DNA of 63,471 nucleotides, from the NCBI GenBank assembly GCA_007130155.1, contig SLTB01000004.1, forward strand, positions 1-63,471. The letters run 5' to 3'. The translations under genes were made by a program, and so were the position numbers. Under the pieces are notes generated by a model. The model worked only from the letters and a program-made list of their open reading frames with translations. It was not told where the DNA came from and searched no databases. Below, in pieces: positions 38,272 to 48,908 of this stretch (within the stretch, counting starts at the first letter, position 1; each line of letters starts with the position of its first letter). The DNA is from Pseudomonadales bacterium (GTDB lineage: Bacteria; Pseudomonadota; Gammaproteobacteria; Pseudomonadales; Azotimanducaceae).

Positions 38272-38274
38272 ATC

Positions 38275-39372
38275 TCATGGCATGGTCAGGATGGGCTTGA
38301 TCACCTCGCCGGTCACTGACGAATCATGGATGGCGCGCTCGATATCGGCGAAATCGTAATAGCGCACGAAGCGGTCGTAGGGTAGTTGCCCGGCGCGATG
38401 CAGATCCGCGAGATAGGGCACGAAGGTGGCCGTGGCAGCGTCGCCCATCACCACTCCTTTCAGGCCGCGGCCGAAGCCCATGTGATCCATGCTCATGGCA
38501 ATCTCGGACCCTGCCGGCGTGGCGCCTACCTGAGCGGCCATACCAGGGCGGCCTAGGCAGTCCACCGCCTGCCTTACGGCGATCGGCACGCCTGAGCATT
38601 CCACCGCAAAGTCTGCACCGCCGCCGGTGAGCTCCCGGATGCGCGCCACCACGTGCTCGTCGGCACGCAGGGCATGGTGGGCGCCCAACTCCAGGGCCAT
38701 ATCAAGCCTGGCACCCAAACGGTCGACGGCAATGATCAAAGCGACGCCGCAGAGCTTTGCGCCCATTACCGCAGCGAGGCCCACGGTTCCGACGCCGAAC
38801 ACGACCAGGGTCGAACCTGGAGAGGGCCGCAGGGCGTTCATGACCGTCCCGACGCCAGTCGTGAGACCGCATCCGAGGGGGCCCAGCAATTCCAACGGCA
38901 GGTCGGCAGGGACCTTGATGGCAGAGCGTGCGCTGGCGATGGTGTGGGTAGCGAAAGACGACTGGCCGCAGAAGCGACCGCGCAGCTCCTCCTTGGCGTG
39001 ACTCATGGGACTGCTGCCGTCGACGCGCTGGCCGCTGAGATTGCGAGGAACGAACTCGTCGCAGTAGGACGGAAGTCCACGATGGCAGGAGCGGCAATGG
39101 CCGCAGGAGTCTCCCGACAGGACGACATGGTCGCCCACTGCCAGATGGCGAACTTCGCTGCCAACGGCCTCGATGATGCCCGAACCCTCGTGGCCGAGGA
39201 CCATGGGCAGTGGCAACAGGACGTCCTGGTTGCGTACCGCCACGTCCGTATGACAGATGCCACTGGCGACGATGCGTACCAGCACCTCGTCGGCCCGCGG
39301 CGGCGCCAGCTCCACGTCGATGAATTCGAATGGCCCGCCGGCGCTGCGAACCAGTGCTGCCTTGGCGTTCAT
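38275..39372 (-). CDS. zinc-dependent alcohol dehydrogenase (MDR family)
   Basis: ORF trimmed to ATG 39372, after GGGGGAG. Motifs GICHTD, GHEGSGIIEAVG, structural-Zn CGHCRSCHRGLPSYC, and Rossmann GVGTVGLAAV. Confidence 0.9.
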   Translation of the reverse strand: MNAKAALVRSAGGPFEFIDVELAPPRADEVLVRIVASGICHTDVAVRNQDVLLPLPMVLGHEGSGIIEAVGSEVRHLAVGDHVVLSGDSCGHCRSCHRGLPSYCDEFVPRNLSGQRVDGSSPMSHAKEELRGRFCGQSSFATHTIASARSAIKVPADLPLELLGPLGCGLTTGVGTVMNALRPSPGSTLVVFGVGTVGLAAVMGAKLCGVALIIAVDRLGARLDMALELGAHHALRADEHVVARIRELTGGGADFAVECSGVPIAVRQAVDCLGRPGMAAQVGATPAGSEIAMSMDHMGFGRGLKGVVMGDAATATFVPYLADLHRAGQLPYDRFVRYYDFADIERAIHDSSVTGEVIKPILTMP

Positions 39373-39434
39373 GTGCTCACTCCCCCTAGCCGCCCAGCAG
39401 GAAAACCTGTCGGTCCGATATTGGCTGAGAAACT

Positions 39435-39467
39435 TGGATGTCCAGTATTTTTCTGGATGTCCAGTAT
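39435..39467. promoter_or_regulatory. two direct TGGATGTCCAGTAT boxes 19 bp apart in the ADH/LLM divergent intergenic region
   Basis: tggatgtccagtat occurs at 39435..39448 and 39454..39467. The core 9-mer and the 19-bp period match the array at 7844..8019. Confidence 0.5.
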
Positions 39468-39558
39468 AGATGGTTACCTTGGCCGCAGTCCGCGTGCCGT
39501 GCAAGCTTTCCAGCACGCATGCTTGTTAGTATGTATGCACTTTCAAGGAGGGTAACCC

Positions 39559-40455
39559 ATGAAGTTCGGCATCGGCATCTTTCCCACGGATCAGAGTGCG
39601 TCACCCATCGAAGTAGCGAAAGCGGTGGAGGAGCTCGGATTCGAATCGCTTTGGGTTTCCGAGCACTCCCATATGCCGACCGCGACCGAGTTTCCCGCTG
39701 GCGGTCAGGTGCCGCGGGACTATTGCGCCATGCTCGATCCCTTCGTGGCGCTGACGGCTGCGGCCGCGGTCACCACGCGCATCCGGCTCGGTACGGCGAT
39801 TTGTCTGGTCACTCAGCGTGATCCCATCAACTGTGCGAAATCGGTATCGACGTTGGATCTGATCAGCGCCGGCCGCTTCGAACTCGGTATCGGTGCAGGC
39901 TGGAACGAGGTCGAGATGCAGCATCACCGCACCGATCCTGCCACCCGCTTTCGGCTCATGCGAGAGCGGGTGGAAGCCATGAAGGTGCTGTGGACCCAGG
40001 AAACCGCCGAGTATCACGGACGCCTGGTGGACTTTGGACCGTCATGGCAATGGCCCAAGCCAGTGCAGTCACCCCATCCGCCCGTGCTCATCGGTGGTGC
40101 CGGACCCAACGTGCTCAAGCGGGTGCTCACTTATGGTGACGGCTGGATGCCTTCGGTGACACCCATGGCGGTTCCGGCCATGGCTGGTCGGGTGACACCG
40201 TTGGACGAGCTCGAACAGCTCGTTCCGGAATTGCGCAACCATGCCGAGGATCTCGGCCGGGATCGCCCTGCGGTGGTGGTCACCGGCCTGCCGCTGGAAG
40301 AGTCGGCACTGCATCGCCTGCTCGAACTCAATGTGGAGCGCTGGGTGCTTCGGGTGCCGCCGAAGCCCATGGCAGAAGTGCGCGAGGCACTGGAAACCTT
40401 TGCAGAGAACGTCCGCAAGTGGGGCGGGACGCTCGAGGCTCCTGCGGCGGACTGA
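39559..40455 (+). CDS. luciferase-like monooxygenase (LLM) class oxidoreductase, F420-dependent-type sequence
   Basis: 298 aa. MKFGIGIFPTDQSASPIEVAKAVEELGFESLWVSEHSHMP is typical of LLM/F420-type TIM barrels. Confidence 0.85.
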   Translation: MKFGIGIFPTDQSASPIEVAKAVEELGFESLWVSEHSHMPTATEFPAGGQVPRDYCAMLDPFVALTAAAAVTTRIRLGTAICLVTQRDPINCAKSVSTLDLISAGRFELGIGAGWNEVEMQHHRTDPATRFRLMRERVEAMKVLWTQETAEYHGRLVDFGPSWQWPKPVQSPHPPVLIGGAGPNVLKRVLTYGDGWMPSVTPMAVPAMAGRVTPLDELEQLVPELRNHAEDLGRDRPAVVVTGLPLEESALHRLLELNVERWVLRVPPKPMAEVREALETFAENVRKWGGTLEAPAAD

Positions 40456-40727
40456 GTTTGGAAGCCTTACCGGACCCGTTTTCACGCTGACGACACAACA
40501 CGGCTGTAGGTTGCCACGACCTGGATCGGGCAACGGGTCGGAGGCGCCCCGGCGTGTGGCCTTAGGCCCAGAGGCCCAGAGGCGCAGGGCGCCGGCACGA
40601 AGCGCTCGCGCGGTACCCGCAGCATCGCCGCCTCGGTTACCCGCGCTTTGCGCAGGCCCCGAAAGAGCCCATTGGGAGCTTCGAGCGGCTCCGGGTTAGA
40701 CTTCGACCTTTCCTCCTGGAGTCGCGC

Positions 40728-41402
40728 ATGCCGCAACGTCCCGTGCTTTACATCGGCAATCGCAACTACTCCTCCTGGTCGCTGCGGGCTTGGCTCGGTC
40801 TGCGCTTCATGGGTATGGACTTCGTCACCGAACGCCTGCCGCTGGATACCCCGGAGTTTCATGATCGCATCCGCAGCATCTCTGCTGCCGGGCGGGTGCC
40901 GGTGCTGCGTGACGGCGATCGCTTGGTGTGGGATTCGCTGGCGATCTGTGAGTACGCTGCCGAGCGTGCGAGTCGTGGCAGTTGGCCCGAGGACGAGCGC
41001 CTGCGGACCCACGCGCGCTGCGCGGTGGCGGAGATGCACTCGGGATTCGGTGCCCTGCGCAGCGCCTTGCCTATGAACATCCGCTCGCGGCGGCGAGTGG
41101 ACCTCGACGCCGTCGTGGAACGCGACATCGAACGCATGGTGGGGCTCTGGTGCGAGGCCCTGACCCTGCACGCCGGCGCTTCGGGCTGGCTCTACGGTGA
41201 GCGCAGCATCGCCGATGCCTTCTTCGCGCCGGTGCTTCTGCGTTTCCTGACTTACGGCGTGCCGGTTCCCGAGCTCTGCCAGCCCTGGATGCAGCAGCTC
41301 TTCGCCGATGCGGATCTGCAGGCCTGGTGTACCGAGGCGCTCGAGGAGACCGAGATCGTCGAAGCAGACGAGGCGGGGGCGCCCGTGGAAATCGAGGCAT
41401 GA
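40728..41402 (+). CDS. glutathione S-transferase family protein
   Basis: 224 aa. N-terminal LYIGNRNYSSWSLRAWL motif and a C-terminal GST helical domain. GGAG lies upstream. Confidence 0.85.
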   Translation: MPQRPVLYIGNRNYSSWSLRAWLGLRFMGMDFVTERLPLDTPEFHDRIRSISAAGRVPVLRDGDRLVWDSLAICEYAAERASRGSWPEDERLRTHARCAVAEMHSGFGALRSALPMNIRSRRRVDLDAVVERDIERMVGLWCEALTLHAGASGWLYGERSIADAFFAPVLLRFLTYGVPVPELCQPWMQQLFADADLQAWCTEALEETEIVEADEAGAPVEIEA

Positions 41403-41539
41403 TCGAGCATCGCGGCGGCTGCCACTGCGGACGCGTGCGTTGCGCGGTCCTCGCACCGGCGAGGTTGCCGGTGCACGAGTGCAACTGCAGTATCTGTGTG
41501 AAGTTCGGCTACCTGCACCTGATGGCTATCTGCACCTGA
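41399..41539 (+). pseudogene. truncated GFA (glutathione-dependent formaldehyde-activating/CENP-V-like) family remnant
   Basis: Its start overlaps the GST stop (ATGA). GGCHCGRVR...CNCSICVKFGYLHL matches the first Zn-Cys motifs of GFA proteins, but the frame stops after 46 codons, inside a 17-bp tandem duplication. The second CxxC region is missing. Confidence 0.6.
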
Positions 41540-41540
41540 T
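41507..41540. repeat. 17-bp tandem duplication GGCTACCTGCACCTGAT / GGCTATCTGCACCTGAT
   Basis: Read directly: two adjacent copies with one mismatch, at the 3' end of the GFA remnant. Confidence 0.9.
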
Positions 41541-41882
41541 ATTGTTGTGGGGTCAGACCACGATAAGGCGTTGATTCTTCGAAAAGCATGCCCCTGCAGG
41601 AGTTCAGATTCAACGCAAAGAAACGCTTGCTAGGGCTACGGGAGTTGCGGGGCGGTATCAGCGATGCCGAATCGAAAGCATGCCCGGTTGGCCCACGAGA
41701 ATGCGGCGCTAAGGTTTCGAGATACGCTCGCTGCGTGTCCAAACGAAGGTGAATCAAGGCATTGCGGACCGTTGCTGTCGTCCAACCCCGGCAGATCCGT
41801 CGAGTCAAACCGACAGGGGGCCATGCAAGCAGGGATCGCCATGGCCTGCGGGCGGCGGCGTTCAAGACAAGGAGGGGTTAGG

Positions 41883-42037
41883 GAGGCTCTGAACTGAGTG
41901 CGCCGCAGCTCCGCGGGACTCCGGCGGTGTGATTTTTGGCGCGCTGCGCAGGGAAGACTGGTTGCCTTTCCAAGCCGCGTAACGCAGCCAGCGCGCCCTC
42001 TGAAGGCCAGAGCGGGGCGCACTCAGTTCAGAGCCTC
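41883..42037. repeat. 155-bp element bounded by perfect 22-bp inverted repeats GAGGCTCTGAACTGAGTGCGCC
   Basis: Arms at 41883..41904 and 42016..42037 are exact reverse complements, and the interior has further self-complementarity. A third arm lies at 43377..43398. Confidence 0.8.
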
Positions 42038-42075
42038 CTGAGCCACTTCCCATCCATCCTCCGCCTCGGGGCGGC

Positions 42076-42816
42076 TCAGTTGATGCGTTCTACCAGCAAC
42101 AGGAGACCGGCCAGCAGCCCTGCGCCCATGGCGAACGGAACGGGACGCCCCTGTTTGTAGGCGGGGATCTCCTCACGAAAAACCTGCAGCGCGATCGCGC
42201 CGCCGAGAAAGGCGATCAGCGGCCGCACGGCTCGATCCCAGGCCTCTGGCCCCAGCACGATGGCGAGGGCGACGCCGCCGAGGAGTCCTGCCGAGTGGGT
42301 CACGCGCGCATGGGCGCCGTAGCGGCCTCGGTGCACTTCGGCGATGGCGTGATCCAGGACCAGCAGGTGCACGCCGATGGCCAACACGTAGACCCCGGTG
42401 ATCCATGGACCGTGAGTCGCGACCTGGTGCGGCAGCAGAAACGCCAACCCCGCATTGAACAGGGCAAAGGTGACGAGCAGCAGGTGATAGACCCGATCTG
42501 TCTTGCGTCTGATCGTCTCCGATGTGCGTCGCCGATGGGCCCACACCTCGGCCGCATAGAAGACTACGAATCCCAGCAGAGCGATGGCGAACGCTAGGCG
42601 GCGTCCGCCTGCTTCCGGTTCCTCACCGACGACCTCACCGGGTGCTCCGAGTTCAGGCAACAGCTTGAGGAAGAGATAAGCGGTGGTGATCCCGGCCAGG
42701 AAGGAATGGACACGGCTCCGCCGCGAACCGACCAGGAAATGGAACCGGCCCGCCAGCAAGTGAATGCTCACCAGCAGGGACGTCGCCAATACCGTCCAGA
42801 GGGTCGCGTTTGTCAT
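42076..42816 (-). CDS. hypothetical integral membrane protein (weak ZIP-like features)
   Basis: ORF trimmed to ATG 42816, after GGAGGG. 246 aa, about 8 hydrophobic helices, His/Asp-containing helix HLLVLDHAIAEVH. No firm family assignment. Confidence 0.55.
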   Translation of the reverse strand: MTNATLWTVLATSLLVSIHLLAGRFHFLVGSRRSRVHSFLAGITTAYLFLKLLPELGAPGEVVGEEPEAGGRRLAFAIALLGFVVFYAAEVWAHRRRTSETIRRKTDRVYHLLLVTFALFNAGLAFLLPHQVATHGPWITGVYVLAIGVHLLVLDHAIAEVHRGRYGAHARVTHSAGLLGGVALAIVLGPEAWDRAVRPLIAFLGGAIALQVFREEIPAYKQGRPVPFAMGAGLLAGLLLLVERIN

Positions 42817-43077
42817 CCAGGGCCCTCCAGGATCGCCAGGGATCAGCCCACCCATACCACCTCGGCCGTCGACGCCGCTCCTGACTTGCCGGGTCCGGGG
42901 GGGCTGCGATACGAGCACTGCAGTTTCCGGAGTGGCGTCGCCGCTTGAGAGATCGGGCTGACGCAGGGGCTGCTCCAGCCTCGAATGGCTGAAGTTGGTG
43001 TATGAGTCCGGTCCGGTCAACTGGGTGCAACGCCTTGGGATCGAGATGACCGTCAAGGCCCATCGGGTAGGTGTCTG

Positions 43078-43117
43078 GCGGTCAAGCCTCTAATCTGGTG
43101 GTCAAGCCTCTAAATTG
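43078..43117. repeat. 20-bp tandem direct repeat GG(C/T)GGTCAAGCCTCTAA(T/A)(C/T)T, 2 copies
   Basis: Read directly: ggcggtcaagcctctaatct ggtggtcaagcctctaaatt. Confidence 0.85.
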
Positions 43118-43376
43118 GGGCGAGAAAGGTCCTTAAAAGGTCCTTAGAAGATGGTCTCTGGGCACCCGGAGCGTCAGACACGCGCCGGCGCATCGATAGG
43201 GATGGTGCCGGCTGCCACCGCTGTCTTGTACCCGCCACCAGGGCTGGCGCGGGGAGCAGCCTTGGCGGCCGCCTGGGTCTCCGAGACTGAAGCTTGGAAC
43301 TCATGTGACGACGAAGGCGCGATGGGTCTTGCGTCGCCGAAATCGGACAACGAGCGAACGGCAAAGTCGACTTGGC

Positions 43377-43406
43377 GAGGCTCTGAACTGGGTGCGCCGC
43401 AGCTCC
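43377..43406. repeat. solo third copy of the GAGGCTCTGAACTG(A/G)GTGCGCC repeat arm
   Basis: gaggctctgaactgggtgcgccgcagctcc differs from 41883..41912 by one base. Confidence 0.8.
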
Positions 43407-43439
43407 TCGGGCGATCGCTGATGGCCTGGCGTCTGCCCA

Positions 43440-43534
43440 AACCTGCATCACGTTTTCCAAATTTGGTCTTGTTTTCCCAAAAATATAGGATTATGTTCCC
43501 ATTTAATTTGAAGGCCACCTGGAGATTTCGAGCC
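43440..43534 (+). promoter_or_regulatory. AT-rich island (putative promoter/leader) upstream of the lipoprotein module
   Basis: cgttttccaaatttggtcttgttttcccaaaaatataggattatgttcccatttaatttgaagg is strikingly AT-rich against its surroundings. It contains the perfect palindrome CCAAATTTGG (43457..43466) and a TATAGG -10-like hexamer. Confidence 0.4.
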
Positions 43535-45820
43535 ATGACGTCCAGATTCCTGACCCTCATCAAGCCCTGTGCCGTCGCATGCGGTACGCTGATCATCGCT
43601 GCCGGCTGTGGAGGTGGAGCGGGAGGGGGCAGTGGCTCGACCCAGCCTGATCCCGTCCAGGGTTCAACCGATGAAGTCAGTACGATTGGCGTGGTCACCG
43701 GCTTCGGTAGCGTATTCGTCAACGGCGAGCGCTACGAGGTCGTGAGCAGCACCACCGTCAACGTCGAAGGCGACGGTGAACGACTCGGCGACGACAGCGC
43801 ACTCAAGCTCGGCATGAAAGTCCGCATCGACGCCCAGGAGAGCGCGGACGGCTCCGGACTGGTCGCTGCGAGCATCTCTCACAGCAGCGACCTGCGCGGT
43901 CCGGTGACCCGCGTCGTGGTGGATCCAGACGATCCTTCGCTCGGCACGTTCCGGGTCGCCAACACGCCCGTCCAGGTCGATGCCGAAACCGTCTTCGACA
44001 GCAACATTGGCGACAATGACGGCATTCCTGGCGTCGACATCCGCGACTTGAGCCTCGACAGCGGCCGAATGGTGGTGCGGGTCAGCGGTTTCGCGACAGC
44101 AGACGGCTACGTCGCCACCCGCGTCAGCCGCATTAACGTCGGCAGCGACGACGATGAGCTGGAAGTGAAGGGCTTCGTCACCTCAGTTGACACCGAGGCG
44201 AACACGGTTACCGTCGCCAATACTGTCTTCCATATCAACGGAACCGAATTCGACGACGACCTGGTCTTCGGACCGGAACTCGTCGGCATCTTCGTCGAGG
44301 TCGAAGCGCGTATCGTCGGTGATCGCTTCGAAGCCACCGAGATCGAGCGCGAAGACGACGGTGACAACCGTCGCGGCCGACTCGAGATCGAAGGCATCCT
44401 GCTCGCCGTCGACACCACCGTGACGCCGAACCGCATCCGGATCGGCGGACTCGTCATCGAAGTCAGCGACGCCTCCTCACTCGCGGATCACGTCGGCACC
44501 AAGGTCGAGATCAAGGGCCGCTTCGACAGCAACGGTGTCCTGGTGCTGAGCCAATCCCGGGGACGGCCAGGCAACAACGTCGAACTCGAGGATCGCGTCG
44601 CGATGGTCGACACGCAGGCTGGAACCTTCACCACCCGCCTCGGCATCGTCATCCGCCCCGAACCCACCAGCCGTCTCGAGGACGACGACGACGACGGCGA
44701 TCGCCTCACGCCCGAGCAGTTCTTAAACCGGCTGCGCAACGGCGACGAAATCGAGGCCCGTGGCTTCGTCAACGACGATGGCGCCGTGACCTGGACCCGC
44801 ATCGAACGCGAAGACGGCGATGACGATGACTTCGAATGCGAACTGCGCGGCCCGGTGGAATCCATTGCCGCGGACCAGAACAGCTTCGTCATTCTCGGCG
44901 TGACTATCGACGTTTCCAGCGGCCGCGACGTGGAGTTCGAGGACGAGAACGGCGACGACATCAGCCGTAGCGCCTTCTTCGGCCGCCTGGAGATCGGCGA
45001 CATCGTCGAGGCCGAAAGCGACGATGACGACATCAATGCCTGCCAGAGCGGACTGATGCTCGCCGAAGAGGTCGAACTCAAGCGCGTCCAGGCACCTCGC
45101 TTTCCTACGCCGTCGCCCGATCCCGTTAACGGTGACGTCGTCACGGACGTCGACGTGGTGTTCCTTCTCATCGACGAGGACAGCATCGACAATGGCAAAG
45201 CGCCGAATGAATTCTCGGATACCGACGTCAATGACGACATCGCGGCGGTCGGGGCACGCCAGCCCCTGCGCTGGTTCACGGACAACATCGGCGTCAGCAT
45301 CGACCTGTTCACCGGTCAGGTGGGCGACGAAGGCTGGTTCACGCTCAAGACCATTCCGGTGAGCTGGCAGGACGCGGGACCGACCGGCAACGGCGTCCGC
45401 AACTACCTGCTCGCCGGCCCCGGCCTCGGGGCTGCCGAGGGGGACGACCGCGAGGTGCTCCTCGACGACATCCCCGACGTGACGCCACTGCGGGCGACGG
45501 GCTTGGCGATGCTCGTTGACCGCAGCGTCTGCGCCCTGGTCTACGACAGCGACGTCAGCATCAACTACGCGCCTTTGCAGGGTAACCTGCAGGGAGCCAC
45601 GCTGGGCGTGGTGGCGTTCGACGTCACCGCCGTCGCCGCGCGGACAGACGGCAGCAGTTCGGACCTGCCGAGGGTGACGATCCGGGTTCGGGACCCGGCG
45701 CTCTGTGAGACGGACCTCTTCCTGTTCCGCAACGCACCGGTACCGTCATCGTCGTCGGAGCCTTTCGACATCATGCCGCCGGCAACGCCTCCGGCGCCTC
45801 AGTTCATCGCCGCGCCATGA
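43535..45820 (+). CDS. acidic multi-repeat lipoprotein (six DUF5666-like beta-repeats plus a ~210-aa C-terminal domain of unknown function)
   Basis: ORF 43151..45820 trimmed to ATG 43535, after GGAG. Lipobox LIIAAG-C followed by a Gly/Ser linker. About six tandem 60-80 aa repeats are separated by Asp/Glu runs. Confidence 0.75.
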   Translation: MTSRFLTLIKPCAVACGTLIIAAGCGGGAGGGSGSTQPDPVQGSTDEVSTIGVVTGFGSVFVNGERYEVVSSTTVNVEGDGERLGDDSALKLGMKVRIDAQESADGSGLVAASISHSSDLRGPVTRVVVDPDDPSLGTFRVANTPVQVDAETVFDSNIGDNDGIPGVDIRDLSLDSGRMVVRVSGFATADGYVATRVSRINVGSDDDELEVKGFVTSVDTEANTVTVANTVFHINGTEFDDDLVFGPELVGIFVEVEARIVGDRFEATEIEREDDGDNRRGRLEIEGILLAVDTTVTPNRIRIGGLVIEVSDASSLADHVGTKVEIKGRFDSNGVLVLSQSRGRPGNNVELEDRVAMVDTQAGTFTTRLGIVIRPEPTSRLEDDDDDGDRLTPEQFLNRLRNGDEIEARGFVNDDGAVTWTRIEREDGDDDDFECELRGPVESIAADQNSFVILGVTIDVSSGRDVEFEDENGDDISRSAFFGRLEIGDIVEAESDDDDINACQSGLMLAEEVELKRVQAPRFPTPSPDPVNGDVVTDVDVVFLLIDEDSIDNGKAPNEFSDTDVNDDIAAVGARQPLRWFTDNIGVSIDLFTGQVGDEGWFTLKTIPVSWQDAGPTGNGVRNYLLAGPGLGAAEGDDREVLLDDIPDVTPLRATGLAMLVDRSVCALVYDSDVSINYAPLQGNLQGATLGVVAFDVTAVAARTDGSSSDLPRVTIRVRDPALCETDLFLFRNAPVPSSSSEPFDIMPPATPPAPQFIAAP

Positions 45821-45896
45821 TGCTGCGGCCCATGGGCCACTTTCCCGGCATGCATGGCAGGCACGCCCATGGTCTCAGCGTCAGCAATGGGCGAAC

Positions 45897-46771
45897 ATGC
45901 AAGACATCGTGACGACTTCAGCCGAGAGTCTCCAGGCCACACTGAGGGCCGCGGTGCACAAGGTACTGCGGCCCTTGGTGCGTCTGCTGATCCGCAACGG
46001 CGTCGACTGCGCCAGCTTCGAAGAAGAAGTCCGCTGCATCTACGTCAGGGTTGCCATGTCCGACTTCGCCCTGGGAAACCGCAAGCCCTCCGTCTCCCGT
46101 GCCGCCACGTTAACCGGCCTTAGTCGCAAGGAAGTCTCACGTTTACTGAGCCTGCCGAGGGACACCGACCTTGAAGCTGCGCCCATGGGTGCTCAGAATC
46201 GCGCCGCGTCTGTCGTGTCCGGCTGGGTCCGGGACACCGAATTCCAGGACGGGACCACCCAGCCACGACCACTTGCCATGGAAGACAGCGCGGCGGGGTT
46301 TCCTGCGCTGGTCAGGCGCTACGGCGGAGACGTGCCGCCCCGTGCGGTCCTCGACGAACTGATCCGGGTAGGTGCCGCCGAACTGCTTCCCGACGGGCGC
46401 GCCCGACTGACCGCCCGCTCCTACCTGCCCGCACGGGACGACGCCGCCAAGATCGAGATCCTCGGGACCGATGTCAGCTACCTGCTCGAAACCATCTACC
46501 ACAACCTGGAGCACATCGGTCCCGACGCGCGCTACCAGCGCAAGGTGCTCTACGATGCGGTTCCGGCGGAGCACGTCAAGACGTTCAAGCGGCTCGCAGC
46601 AGAGCAGTGCCAGACCCTGCTCGAGTCCTTCGACCGGGAACTCGCCCAGGTCGATCGCAGCGCCAATCCCAAGGTGTCCGGAACCGGCCGTCACGTGGTC
46701 GGGATCGGAATGTTCTACTTCGAGGAAGATCTGAGCGACGACCCGCCGTTGGATCCAGGAGCCAAGCAGCC

Positions 46772-46775
<4 letters not shown>
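45897..46775 (+). CDS. hypothetical protein with an HTH-like segment (DUF6502-like by recollection)
   Basis: ORF trimmed to ATG 45897; 292 aa with no signal peptide. SVSRAATLTGLSRKEVSRLL resembles a helix-turn-helix. Its stop overlaps the next gene's start (ATGA). Confidence 0.6.
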
Positions 46776-48469
<1,694 letters not shown>

Positions 48470-48497
48470 CCTCGTTCCGCCACGTCGCGGTCAGTGA

Positions 48498-48541
48498 GCC
48501 TGCGCTCCTCGCGTCGAGGAAGAGTCGCAGGCCAGGTTTTG
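48498..48541 (+). terminator. putative intrinsic terminator of the lipoprotein module
   Basis: Outer stem GCCTGCG/CGCAGGC and inner stem CCTCG/CGAGG, followed by CAGGTTTTGG, about 30 nt after the stop. Confidence 0.5.
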
Positions 48542-48908
48542 GCATGGTTGTCTCTTCGGGAACAGACGAGACGATGCTGAAACCACGCTACCGGGCTGAC
48601 CAACCGGAGGATGGGGGCACCGGTCCCGGCATGTCTTCATTGCACTCGTGCGGGATCGGCCTGACCTGGAATGCACACCGACCCGCTCGTCAACGCGTGG
48701 GTCGTTCTGTACCGACGGGGCCCAGCCGCACAGCGCTCGCTCCTGCTGCGAGCACTCGAGGCGCGGATTTACGGTGCGGTGCCGGTCGACGTCTCGGTCA
48801 ACGAGTTGCGTTCGCTTTGGCTGCGGGCGCTACGGTGAAGTCGTTGCCGGCCTGCCGCCGCAGGCTCGGGGCGAGCGGCAGGGGCCGGCGTTTACGTGGC
48901 TGGGGGCG

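Noticed and set aside
43151-43534. 128-codon 5' extension of the first lipoprotein ORF
   Set aside because: The extension crosses the repeat arm and the AT-rich island and has no signal peptide. The internal ATG 43535 is preceded by GGAG and starts a canonical lipoprotein signal.
48470-48908. Hidden gene in the 439-bp gap after the lipoprotein module (for example ORF 48544..49062)
   Set aside because: The candidate ORFs are Arg/Gly/Ala-rich, lack RBS sequences, and run into the LLM gene on the opposite strand. The gap begins with a terminator-like hairpin. It is left as non-coding.
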